A model generated the notes under the pieces. The model did no database searches and was not told the origin of the DNA. It was given only the letters and a program-made list of their open reading frames with translations. Position numbers and translations under genes: made by a program. Source: Azolla caroliniana (lineage: Eukaryota; Plantae; Polypodiophyta). From it: DNA of 64,000 nt. Numbering within the stretch: position 1 is the stretch's first letter; every line of letters begins with the position of its first letter. Location of the stretch: contig JBHGNT010000005.1 in the NCBI GenBank assembly GCA_043228905.1, forward strand, positions 1,426,001 to 1,490,000, given 5' to 3'. Of the stretch, positions 1 through 12,829 are shown piece by piece.

Positions 1-1521
1 AAATCGTCAACCTTCTATGGATTGGTGTTCGAAGGGTGCTATACAATTGTCAAAGGTAAGTACTACTAATATGTTATATCACCATTCCATAATGTCACTT
101 TCATGTCTCTCATTTGAAGCACCAATTGAAAATGAGTGGAATGTCGGCAACCTTGATGCAGGGTAGTGAAATATGTTGCAACATAATTGGTCTTCTCAAT
201 TGTTGTTTCAATCCGAAGTGTTCATTTGGAGAGTGATAATTGGGGGCCTTGCTTTCTTGAAGAAAGGAGTGACAACATGCACATGTTTCTTTTTCATCTA
301 TTCAATTGGATGATGATATACATTGTTTCATTCAATGCGCTATTGCGCATGCTATTCAAAAATATTTATTGGAAATAAAGGAAGTTTTGTCTTTCTATTA
401 CCTAATGTCTTGACAATAGATCTTTCACAATATGTATGTGCAAATGGGCCACGTATGAGCCAGAAATCAAGACGTAAATCATTTTCCAATTTTTAAGGTT
501 TGGGGGGTCGCAACATAATTGGAATATGCGCCATGTATTAATGTTTGATGGTAGACATTGAGTCAATGCATTCATTATATAGTCGAAACTTGAAAGGCAT
601 ACTTGCGTGGCAACTGTGGATGCTAGAGCATGTAGGGATTGTTTGATCATGTGGGTAATCGACTTTTTTTATGGCATTGGGGAATGTCCCTCTCCCTTGT
701 AAGGAGGGCAACAATATTGTAATGGTGGCTTTTACATACATATAAATTACAATTAATTTAATTATGCGGTAAACCATAAAAAAGGAGATTTGCCTATGTA
801 AAACATTCCATGCATGTATGTTTGAGAATATTTGTTGTAATTGAGGATGCACATTGTGCCATTTAAAGCGAAATGTCTATCTAGATAGTTCACGATTGCC
901 CAATGTTGTGAATGCAAGCTTGAATATGCTCGAAGGTGGAGTGTTAGTACAATGCAAATCGCGAGCTTGTCATTGAGAAAGTAGAAATAGGTTGAATAAT
1001 ATTTTTGTCTACGTAATAGTAAATCAACTTCAAACCTGCTACCAACTATTATTATCCATCCTTGCATGGAGAGTGGGTGGAGAGTATGGATTTATTGGAG
1101 GGAGAGACATCCCTCATAATATTTTTGAATGTGTAAATGGCTAGCTAAAGAATCAAATCAAGAATTCGTGATGTTGTGAGTAGACATGGAGAAGACATAT
1201 GATTAAAAGAATCACATTCTCATCTAATTGTTGGGCGCGCTCCGAGAAGGGGATAAATATCCCAAATTCTAAAAGGGACAAGGTGGGTGTCGCCCAGGTT
1301 GGAAGTTTGCGTCAATGACAAAGAAACACAACAAATCCATAGTGACCAAATGGTTGCCCATGAATTTGGTTTGTTAGATAGGGAATAACATAATTACAAG
1401 TATCATGGAATGTTTATAAAATAGTAACACTTAAAAAAATGTTGTCCAAAGAAATGGAATTTAAATGTCAATCTTGCTTTCCTTGGTGAGTAGTCAATGA
1501 TTGCAATGCTTAGGGCCCTCA

Positions 1522-1646
1522 AAGCAACCCGAGTGAAATGCATCTGGTGTTGCTTTGTATTCCAGAAACAACAAGCATTAGAGCACTCGAAGCAACCTGA
1601 GTGAAATGCACAAGGTGGCACTTTGTGTTCCGGAAACAACAAGCAC
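1522..1646. repeat. Two diverged tandem copies of an about 68-bp unit
   Basis: AAGCAACCYGAGTGAAATGCA...TTCCRGAAACAACAAGCA occurs twice. Confidence 0.7.
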
Positions 1647-1804
1647 GATCATCTATATGCAATCATATCCTATATTGTATACATATCATGAAAATCGACT
1701 TAGAGCATGTCAAAGAAAGACTCCCCATCCTGCAAGGTCATTCGTGGACCACGCATAGATTCTCTGTGTTGTCTGTAGACACTATATGTGTATTATGTAT
1801 ATAT

Positions 1805-1942
1805 TGTTAGGAACTCTAAGCTAATCCCAACTATATATATCTATATCATATATGTATACACACACATATACATACATACATATATGTGCATATATTGTTA
1901 GGAACTCTAAGCTAATCCTTATTCGTCTTAGAGTTCCTAACA
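1805..1942. repeat. 47-bp TG...CA element with 16-bp perfect inverted ends, plus a truncated upstream copy, embedded in TA/CA microsatellite
   Basis: TGTTAGGAACTCTAAG (1896-1911) and CTTAGAGTTCCTAACA (1927-1942); the left 23 bp are repeated at 1805-1827. Confidence 0.7.
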
Positions 1943-2186
1943 CACACATACATATACGAGCGCACGCACACACACACACACAATGTATGTATGTATGTAT
2001 GTATGTATGTATGTATGTATGTATGTTTGCATATGTACATTATACATATATATGTATATGCAGTATGATGGATGGCCTCACTGACTCTGTTTGAGTGCTG
2101 GCATAATAATGGCAGCTTCGTTTCTTGTTGTCTTGTTTGAGGAGGGAGAGATGAGTGTTGATCAATCCAGATAATGCTGTGTCAAC

Positions 2187-4605
2187 ATGTCACATAGCCT
2201 TGCCTTTGGCTTGTCGGTGGAGATCCTCAGAAATCCTTCTCATTTCCGAGACAACCGATCCAGGAAGGTAATCTCTCTCTCTCACTCATTCTCTCTCACT
2301 CACACACACACACAAATGATCATCAGACTTACTTGTCTAAGATGTCTGTCTCAATTTTATTTCTTCTTCTTCCTTTTCCTGTTTATCATCGCAGAGAAAT
2401 CGAAACTCCCCTAATTTCAGACATAGACAGGCTAAATCACCCTTATGGATTGATGGGCAGAATAATCCACCGTGGATGGAAGACCAATTAGGAATCCTTT
2501 ATTTGAATACAAAGAAATGGTACCATGACACAAACAAAGGTAATGATGACGATAATACAGACAGAGCACATTTCCAAGACCGGAATACTGTTATGCAATT
2601 GATGAAGCTCTATGGAAAACAGAGGAATGTGAATGAGGCAAGAAAACTACATTCTGAAATGAAAAAGTTAATACCAAAACAGGATATTTATATAGGCACT
2701 GCTCTGCTTAGTATGCTTGCAAAATGTGGTGCTCTCAATGAAGCACGAGAAATATTCGAGAATCTTCCGTATCGGAATATTGTATCATGGAATGCATTGA
2801 TTGCGGGGTATGCCCAGTATGGTCATTTCGATGCATCTCTTGAATGCTTAAAGCATATGCGCAATGAGGGCATTTCTCCCGATTCTGTTACTTTTAAATG
2901 CCTTGTCAAAGGATGTGCAAGCACGGGATCACTTGAGATAGGAGAAGAGATACATGCTGAGGTCAAGAAGCTGGATTTGCTAGAAAAAGACATTGGTTTG
3001 GGTACTACCTTGGTGGACATGTATGCTAAGTGTGGGGCACTGGGAAGAGCGCAAGAGTTATTTGAAGAACTTCCTGAGAAGGATGTCGTGTCTTGGAACG
3101 TATTGATCTCTGGTTATGCTCACCGTGGAGATGGCAATGCTGCTTTGAATTGCTTTCATAGAATGTCAGACGAGGGTGTCTCCCCAAGCTCTGTGACTTT
3201 CATTTCTGCTTTAAAAGCATGTGGAATGGTAGGATCCCTAGAGATGGGACAATTCATACATGAAGAAATTAAGAAGAAAGGTTTGCTAGAAAAAGACATT
3301 ATGCTAGGCAATACATTAGTGGACATGTATGCCAAGTGTGGTATGCTAGGAAAGGCATTTGCAGTATTTCACAAGCTTCCAAAGCGAGATGTCGTGTCTT
3401 GGAATGCTCTCATCACAGGGTATACACAGCATGGCCATGATGATTCAGCTCTGGAATGTTTCAGAGAGATGGTTGACAAGGGCGTTACTCCAAATATTGT
3501 AACTTTTACATGTGTTCTAAAGGTTTGTGGAAGCATAGGAGCTCTTGAGATTGGAGAGGAAATCCATATAACAGCCAAGAAACAAACATTATTAGAAAAA
3601 GACATCATGTTAGGCAACACATTGGTAGACATGTATGCAAAGTGTGGGGTCCTAGATAAAGCACGGGATGTGTTTGAGGAGATTCCAAAGAGAGATATAG
3701 TCTCATGGAATGCCTTAATAGCTGGGTACGCTCAAATGAGTCAAGCAAATAGAGTTTTTTGTTTATTCCATAAAATGAGGAAAGACGGCATTGTGCCAGA
3801 TGCGGTTACTTTCCTCATCCGGTTAAGTGTATGTAGTCATGCAGGCCTTGTGGATGAGGCAGCTGATACTTTTGATGATCTATGTGATGGTTATCATCTT
3901 ACTCCTTTATTACAACACTATACGTGTATGATTGATATATTTGGTCGTGCCGGATGCTTTGACAAAGCTATTGCTATCCTTGACAAAGTGCCATCTCTCG
4001 ATTATCTTCCGCTATTATTGGCAATGCTAGGGGCTTGTCGCAAATGGGCAAATGTAGAACTTGGAAGATGGAGCTTTGAGAAAGTAATGGAGTTGGATGG
4101 GAAGTGTACACCAGCATATGTTTGCATGAGAAATATATATGATGCAGCTGGCATGCATGTAGAGGCAGCGAAACTCGAATCCTCTCGAAGAACGATACGG
4201 GGATGTTGTCAGTGGACCAATGTGAATGGAAATGTTCATTCATTTATTGGAGGCGAAATGATTCATCACCAAAGTGCATGCATCTATGCAAAGCTTGAAG
4301 ACATTAAGCAAAAGCTTATACAAAATGGATATTCTCTGCCTTTATGTTGGTCACAGCAACACCTTCCAGTTGCCAATGAGAAAGATATGTTGTGTAATCA
4401 TAGCGAGAAGCTGGCTATTGCATGTGCCCTTCTTAATACACAGGAACGAATACCTATACATGTAACAAAGAATATGGGTGTATGTGTTGACTGTCATCAT
4501 GTCACATCACTCATATCACAGATAGAGAGAAGAAAGGTCTATGTGCAAGCAGGAAACCGAATTCACATCTTTGAGGATGGGAGATGTACATGTAGAGATC
4601 GATAA
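2187..4605 (+). CDS. PLS-class pentatricopeptide repeat protein with E and DYW-type deaminase domain (organellar RNA editing factor); join(2187..2267,2395..4605)
   Basis: Repeated P-L-S motifs (VVSWNALI.GY / VTF...LKAC / GNTLVDMYAKCG) with a 306-bp period, E domain, HSEKLA and CVDCH zinc motifs. The upstream ATG exon ends AAG|GTAAT at 2267 and rejoins at GCAG|AGA (2395) in frame with the 709-aa ORF, adding a Ser/Arg-rich presequence-like N-terminus. Confidence 0.93.
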
Positions 4606-7012
4606 GATTCCATTTGTAATATTAGAACCCAATTGTAGATGTATCATGATTCTTTCCTCGATGTTAAAAACCAATTCTTAGATGTGTCATGTAATGCGTT
4701 AAGAAGCAGATTCTTGCATTCCATGATAAATTTTGGGCTCATCATTTTGATTTTGATTTGTGGGCACTGAGATCTACATAGTTGGAACTTTTCCCATTCA
4801 AGTGAAAACGTAAATGGAATCAACAGATGCAAGTTTGCAATTAGCCAGTAAACCTTTAAAATTCATGGGAGATATCCACCCATAAGAGAAAGCTCAGATT
4901 TGTTGCATCTTCAATATTCCTTTAAAGGATAACATGCTTAAAAATATTAGGGCATAGAAATATTTCATTTGATAGCCTTCAATATAGGTGTTGTCCATGA
5001 AATGGATCTGTTCTGTAGTGGACGTTGTTGATCCTCTTTGCCAGCTACCTCTTCACGGTTATTCTTCAACAGTTCTCATGTTGGAGAAGGATTGATAGCA
5101 AAGATCTATCCAATATAATAATAGTGTGGACATCATTGATCCATTTTGTTAACCATCTTTTCATGGTTATTCAACCATTCTCGTCTTGTACACTGATTCT
5201 AAGTAATGCTGAACCTTGAACAGTGATATGTCATGGATATCGATTATGTCATCATTGCTTAAGACCACTGCTGCCAACCAGCGTCATTGTTCAACAGTTC
5301 ACTTCTTCTCCATGGTGATGCCCAGCCTTGTAAAAAATGGTGATGCCACTAAATGTCATAATTTCTTGTATCTTCTCAATTCCTGAGTAGCTTCTCCAGC
5401 AAGTTAAAACGCCTTTGCTTAATAGCTCAGATAGAATAAAATGACTTTACTATGTTTCCACGTGCCGATCATCCTCCATAAACCTCTTTTGTATGAATAA
5501 TCCTTGGAATATAGTTGTAGATGAGTTAGTTTCTATACTTGATAAGTCAGTTTGTAAATTTGGATGTTGGCAGATCCTATCTCTAGTTAACTTAGCAACA
5601 ATGAATCAGTGGATTATTTTTCATATTTATTATAATTTCCTAATCAAAATAAGTTCTTGCAGTAATCAAAATAATCACAAAAACTGAAAATTTATTTGGT
5701 TTCGGTATAAAAAGTGACTTAGCTCTCTTTTCACTGAAAGTGATCGAGGGACATCTTGTGATTCCAGTTATTCAAGGATAACAAACTTCATACATGAGAT
5801 AAGAATAACTTGATAACAAAAATATAAAATTTAAGAGAAATTGTGGTAATTTGATGACAACTAATTGAAAGACATAGATTACGTTTTAAGTGGAATCTTT
5901 GTAAAAATGAACACATCTTGGTAGGATTACTAGAGTTTTCCATCCTCGCAACACCCCTAGTTACATGAAGGTCTTAATCCAGGTACCAAACCACATCAAT
6001 TCAGTTTTCTTTGGAGCAGACACTCACATTAATAAAGCATTGCTAACACCCATTCACATGATCGAGCATTCTAAATAGTAACTGTGCATTGTGAATCATC
6101 AATAATCTTGAAAGAAGGCAATAACAAAATGTTTAAAGATAAACAATAAAAAACATTCCTCAAATGCCATCAATCCTACAAGATTAGGTAATTTTCTCAT
6201 TTTTATAACATTAGCAATTACAATGATGCTTAACCAGGTGAAGTCTGAAATTTTCTTTCTCAAATTTATTTTGTTTCATTAATGAAGTCTTCTCATCTGT
6301 TTTACTAACAAAAACTCATAGCAACACAAATTTTCTTCTTCATCATCTTTATCATGATTTCCTCTTTGGGAACAGTAACTGTTGCCACAAAGGTGTAGTA
6401 GGTTGGCTACATATGAACAAGATGCTCTTGGCATGAAACAATAATTGTTTGGCAGTTGGTACATTGAGTTGGATCACAACATCTGAACACATTAATGTGG
6501 TTCAGCATAGAATGATGGTTACTTTACTACCACAACCATCATTCGGAAAGTATTGGGAATGGAATTCATAAGAGAAAATAAACACATTCTGCCCAGATTA
6601 CACAAAACCATGAGCACTAACTAAGGGCTCAGAGCTTTACTATTTAGCCCAGTATTAAGTATTAAGGATTGCAAATTAACATCATAAAAGTTAGCACCTA
6701 CTATTGGGTCAAAAAAATCCTACCTACATTGACAAAGTCACACATTAGGTATGTAGGTTGATAGATCAATACCACAGGGTAAAAACTCGTTTAAACCAAA
6801 AAATAATGCACATTAGAACCCTTCAAAAATAAAATAAACTACAAATCATTTCCTTCCAGCTAAAGAAATATTGATCACAAAGTCAAAATGTTAATATATC
6901 TCTGTTTTGATATGGCAAAGTTCCATATGTTTTGGTCAACATTTCCAGCCGTTCTTACCACAAGTTGCGGTATCATCTCTCAAATGGGGCACAAAATTTT
7001 AAACTAAGAATA

Positions 7013-10000
7013 TTAGTCCCGACCACGCAGATTCACTACCTTACCGATAGCAACAGTTTTTCCTGCATACAGCAAAGAGAAATAAAATTATAAGCACCCA
7101 TAAGTATTTAAGCACAAAAGTTCTACATTTTAATTTTATTAACTGGATATCCCATGTCCGGTTGATATAACAAACACAGTTCCTGCGTGCACCCTATGAG
7201 AAGCCACGATCAAGTAATATATACGCATCACCTTAAAACCACAATTATACTGTGAAAGACAATGAAATATAGTTCATCATGACATGGATGGGATGCTCCA
7301 CACACAATATAGACATCACAACATATAATGCTTGGTAACATCAAGCATGCAATAAATATAACCATGGATTTTCTTTTAACCTTAAAGCTTGAATTTTCTT
7401 AATTGTTGAAGTTGGGTTCACTTATATTAGAGCTTTACAACTCCAGCAAATTCATGACAAGCTTATCAAATTGCAATAGCATAGTTATCTTCAAATGCAA
7501 AGAAACCAAATATCTCACCTTCATCACGAAGTGTAAACCGACCTAACTGTGGGAAGTCATCAAAACGCTCGACACAAATGACATCGTTTACCTGTGCACA
7601 TTTTTCGCATTAACCACCACAGAAACCGAAATCTGGATAAAGGGACTGGAGAATTTCAAATCCTGATATTTACCTGAATGCGAACAACCACCACAGCTCC
7701 CATCTTCACGAATAATAGTTTCTTCTTCATAGGTTTTTTAGTTTTCGGATCAATCTCCTGCAAGAGCTCAATGATCTCACACTCTTCCACTACGGAATGG
7801 ATGTGAAGTACAGCTTTGTACCCAGCTGTAAATATAGCCTGCCCCCAAAGCAAAAAGTCAAATCAAGTGAAAGATGACAATGAATGAAATGCATTAACGC
7901 ACATATAGAATCTGTGATTGATATCCAATACAAAAGGGCTATAAACTTACTTTATGGTCCAAAAGTTCCAATATTTGCAGTTGGGCATCAAATTCAACCA
8001 CGGTAGGAATAGGCCTGTCTGTATATAAGAAAAAAGGATTAAGTTTAATGTATTTTTCCACAATCTTCAAAATATTTAGTGTCTACAATAGTTACCAATG
8101 CTAGAGAGTACAAATCCTGGCAAGATATCCTCCTCTTCAATGCCAGCTAGCCTGATCCTCAGATTCTCCCCTGGCTTAGCAAACCGAGCTTCATCACTAT
8201 CTCTGAGTATAGTTACCACCTTGACACTGGCCTAATGTAATTGCAAAGGATTGCAAAGGATAAATCAATATGGGGTTTAACTATAAGCATTAAGAATTAT
8301 AAGAATTAGCTAATTGTCTTACCTTGTTTGGCATCACAACTAAATTGTCACCTCGTCGAACAGTCCCAGACTCAATCTTCCCCATCACTACTGTTCCCAT
8401 ATCTCTAAATTTGTCTATAAGAGGCATTCTGAGTTAAAAGAAACAACTGTGAGAAATCAAATGATGACATTTTTTTGTAGAGAGGTTGAAAGAAAAGTCA
8501 TCTGCCCATCAGAGAGCATAGAAAGCGATACATCTTAACAATCTAGAGAAAGTGATACATGCAGGAAAGAAAATAAGAAACCTCAAATTACGATTCCACA
8601 AAGTCTCAACATCAACTTTATTGTGGTTTGAGTCTGCAACTTAAATGTGGTTGGACGTATTCCCCAACACAATCCATCTTCATGATGATAAACCAATGCA
8701 GTAAACTAGATATATTTCAGGAATAATAACTAAAGCTAAAGGATTTATAATAAGCCTATATATGATAGTCGAGGCTTATTTTTTGGAAGAATTAACAATC
8801 TTGTTAGACATTATTTACTCACTCATTTGAAATCTCTCCCATCAATGGGTCCTTTCAGAATAACAAAATACTTGCAACCCCAATTTTGTAAGCATTATTT
8901 AACTTAAAAGCATCCACCTTCCATTGAATCAATATCATCAAGCGTAAAATTAATGTATACTTTACCAGTCTAATTTCAAGTAAAAGCTTACCTAAAAGGA
9001 GCAGTTGGATCTCTAACTGGAAGTTCAATTTTATCCAAAGCTTCAAAAAAGCAAGGGCCCTCCCACCACGGACACAATGTTTTAGGCATTCTTTCCTTCA
9101 TGTTGGATCCTAAAAGCCCTGAAATGGGAAGAAACAATACATCTGCACATAAAAAAGTTGTTTATTTCGTCAGTTCTTAGCAACCCATGCGTTGAAAATG
9201 TCCAGAGGAAATCTTGAAATGTGTTTACTGCATGGAAAGACCTCTTTTGACATTGTAGCCACATGACTTCAAGAAGGGGGAAATTTTCTTTTCTATCTCG
9301 TCAAACCTGTAAATGTGATAATAGAACACATTATCCAACTCCTCAGAAACCTGTAAAATTATCGAATGCACATCACTAAGCGAATAAAATGGTAACTCCT
9401 AAATACCTTTCTTTTTCCCATTGAACTGAAGGATCATCCATTTTGTTAACCACCACCAAGAGTTTGGATACTCCAAGTGTTTTTGCAAGTTGAGCATGTT
9501 CTCTCGTCTGGCCACCGCGCTCAAAACCAGTCTCAAATTCACCTTTTCTAGCAGATATAACCTAAAACACAACAACTTTGAGCTACAAAAGAATGAGCTA
9601 AAAGATAATGCAGTATGAATTAGACATATTGACGTACCAAGACACCAATATCTGCCTGGGATGCCCCACTGATCATGTTTGGCACATAGTTTTTATGCCC
9701 CTGAGATTGGTCACAAAATATGTTCAACATCTTCACAGTATCAAAAATCATAATTTGCTAATAAGTTCTGAAAGAAATAAAGTCTTAGGCCTGTAGAAAG
9801 CATAAAGTCAACAAATACAATATATTAAGAAGACTACCGGAGCATCCAAAATTGTAAAACGCCTCTGCTCCGTCTCAAAGCTTGCTCGTCCAACCTCCAC
9901 TGTGATACCCTGATTTGCAGAAACCCAGAAATTAAGGATCACCAGACGAGAAGTGGTAAAGATCACCACCAGTGGAAAAGTGGGACAACATACCTTAGCC

Positions 10001-12627
10001 CTTTCCTCCTCATTAGTATCCATGATGTAGGCCATATACCTTTACAGAAAGAAGGTCATTTTCAAATAGTCAGCTAGCTGTATGCAAGATTTAAATATGC
10101 TTCATTTACATGCTAGTGAATCACAATACGATATCAACCATCCACAACAGTACAGATTAGAATTAAAGAATTACATGCAAAAACAACTACGAACAGATCA
10201 AACTATTATTAACATTGTTACCATAAAAATTAGTATAAATATTCGGGAAGGTACCATTTAAAATTAGTCTAACAGAGGTTTCCCTGTCTAGAAAGTGAGG
10301 AATAAGGAAATGAGCTCAATGAATATATAAATTTAAATCAATAAATTGACCTCAGGGAGGTACCATTTCGTCATTAGTAGCCAGCAATAAAAACCTAAGA
10401 GGGAAAGAGATGAAAACAAACAATAAAGACAAGAAACAAATTTCATCAAGATTTATTAACTATCTCACTCATGCTCTATAGTATGGACTGCTCTATATCC
10501 TATGATACTCATTGCCGCTCACAATCAAAAATATTCTTAAATTACACAAAAATCATAGAGGAATCGCTGGGATTTGGCATATACAATATTTGAAATTAAG
10601 AGATAGAAATGCAACAAATTAAGAAACATCCTGTATACAGACATAAAATCATATGGACTCTCTTAGTACATGGATTACTGAATCAAACCTTAATGAAGCA
10701 TAGATTACTTTCACCTGGATGGATGCTATGGGTAATGATATATCTTCAGGAGTAGAAGAGATGCATTAAATATATTAACCACCACATAAGCTTCTGATCT
10801 GATACGATCGCAAAAGAGATGCTATGCTGGTGGTAAAATAAAGGATCTGGATTTTGGAAATGTAGTATTTTGTTTCTTTAAGTTGCCATAAGATGCCAGA
10901 AACGAGGAAATGCAATCCTCAAACGTATAAATATACATATGTAAAAGTTCATATATAAATGAAAGAAACATTTGCATATTTAAAGCTTTAATATTCTAAA
11001 CACACATATTTCTTGAACTTCAGGAAGTCCATTAATAGAATGATACTAACCAAACTGTAAAATTACAAAGCCATGAAGGAGGCACATAAGAAAAGTATAT
11101 TTCCTCGCAGTAAACAAAGAAAGAAGCAAAAAGACTTAAACAGAGGTGAACCCGAGTGGGGCACAGACTCAGAAAGAACAAAGAAAACTTGGCTGTTTCT
11201 CCCAGGCCAGAAATGGAATTCATATAATGATGAATTATCAGAAACTAGATTTCCAGCATGATAAACCTTACATTAACTGTACATCAGTGACACCAAATGG
11301 CTAAGGTTAATAGAATTTAGAGGATGTTGTGCATCAAACTGCAATTCGACCTCTAACGAAATAACCAGGATAAGTTGATTTGGTATGTCGAGCAAGACCA
11401 CATATCTCACAATAAGAATCACTCAAGCTTTGAGAAAGAACATAGTTCCACAAAATAATAGAATCTAAAATAGCCTCAGTAAGATGCACAAACCAGCTCT
11501 CTCTGTTCTTGTCCTTGGCTTCTCTCTCGTATTTTTGAATGGTCCTCTCATCCACCATGTTAGTTAAATACAGTATCTGGCCACCTATAGTTGACTTTCC
11601 AGCATCTGCAAACCAGAATGTGGCATAACTAATACAATCAAAGTAATTATATTTCCAACTAAGCTAACTCTGTGTCACCAAATGCAAAGTTATGAAGACT
11701 GAGGAGGGCATGGCAACATGATATGCGAGGAGGGGTGGGGCAATTCCAAAGATGTTCAGATGAGTCATACATACCGACATGGCCGATGAACACAACATTC
11801 AAGTGCTGCTTGTCTTCTGCAACCACCTCTTCTGGTTCTTCGTTTGTAGCTATCAAATGAAATTCTTTTAGTCACCACTATCCATTAGGAAAATACATCT
11901 TGATTCCAGAAAGAAAAAACTGCATCCATCTAATGCCCAAAAGATTATCTTACCTGGGTCATCCCCTAAACTAACGGTATTAAGAGAAGCAGAAACATGC
12001 TCGACTGGATCTGTACAAGGAAAGTTAAGCAAAATAAAAAAACAAAGCTCCAAAGAAGAATAGAGCCACAATTTCTTATATCAAAATCTAACACACTCTA
12101 GGATCTATATGGAAGCCTGCAATAAAAACCCTTTCTTTCAACAGAAGAATCATGCACTATAACATAGAAAAAACTGTATTTTAGCAACAAATGACTGTAT
12201 TGTATTAACCTTTAGATGGAGAATCGTCCACGGAGGCATGACCGTCTCCTTCTTGGACTGATAAGACTTCCGCAGTGATCACAGGATCATGATGAGCATT
12301 TGGATCGCGGATTGCAGAAGGAGGATCGGGGTGAATAGACCCAACGGCATCAGCGACAACAATTTGAGCGGGTTCAGGAACAGGAACTTTGGGAGCAGGA
12401 TCGGGAGGAATGGAAGGAGAAGAAGACGAAAAAGAAGAGGAAGAGGAAGAGGCGTATGTAGGCTTAAAGGTAGGTGCGGAAGGGTTGAAAGCCGCAGCTG
12501 CAGGATTGAAGCTGAAGGAAGGTGCGTTGGCGTTAAGGCGGGAAGCCAAAGTGGGGAGGGGAGCAGGAGGAGCAGGAGCAGGAGCAGGAGGGAGAGCTTC
12601 GTCCTCCCAAGAATCGAGTTCCGCCAT
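7013..12627 (-). CDS. eRF3: Eukaryotic peptide chain release factor GTP-binding subunit eRF3 (Sup35/GSPT family), about 16 exons
   Basis: Exons joined at GT-AG sites give HLNVVFIGHVDAGKST, YEREAKDKNRESWYMAYIMDTNEEER, GITVEVGRASFET, DAPGHKNYVPNMISGASQAD, FERGGQTREH, VVNKMDDP, FPQLGRFTLRDEGKTVAIGKV. ATG at 12627, TAA at 7013-7015. Confidence 0.96.
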
Positions 12628-12797
12628 AGCCAAACCCTTAGCCTTGCCCTGCCTTCGGCAACAGAGTACAAAATAACTTTATTTAACTCAATATTTCTTC
12701 TTCTTCTTCTTCTTCTTCTTCTTCCTTCCTACATTTGCAAATTATTTTTCCCGTGTTTATTTTGTGGCCGCATTCTTTATTTATTATTACCCTAGGG

Positions 12798-12829
<32 letters not shown>

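Noticed and set aside
1-1300. Fragmented ORFs suggesting a decayed transposon or gene
   Set aside because: No family motif recognisable without a database search.
10350-10450. C/D-box snoRNA candidate in the eRF3 intron (TGATGA...CTGA)
   Set aside because: The interior is a polypyrimidine tract with no terminal stem or recognisable rRNA guide; it fits a splice acceptor better.
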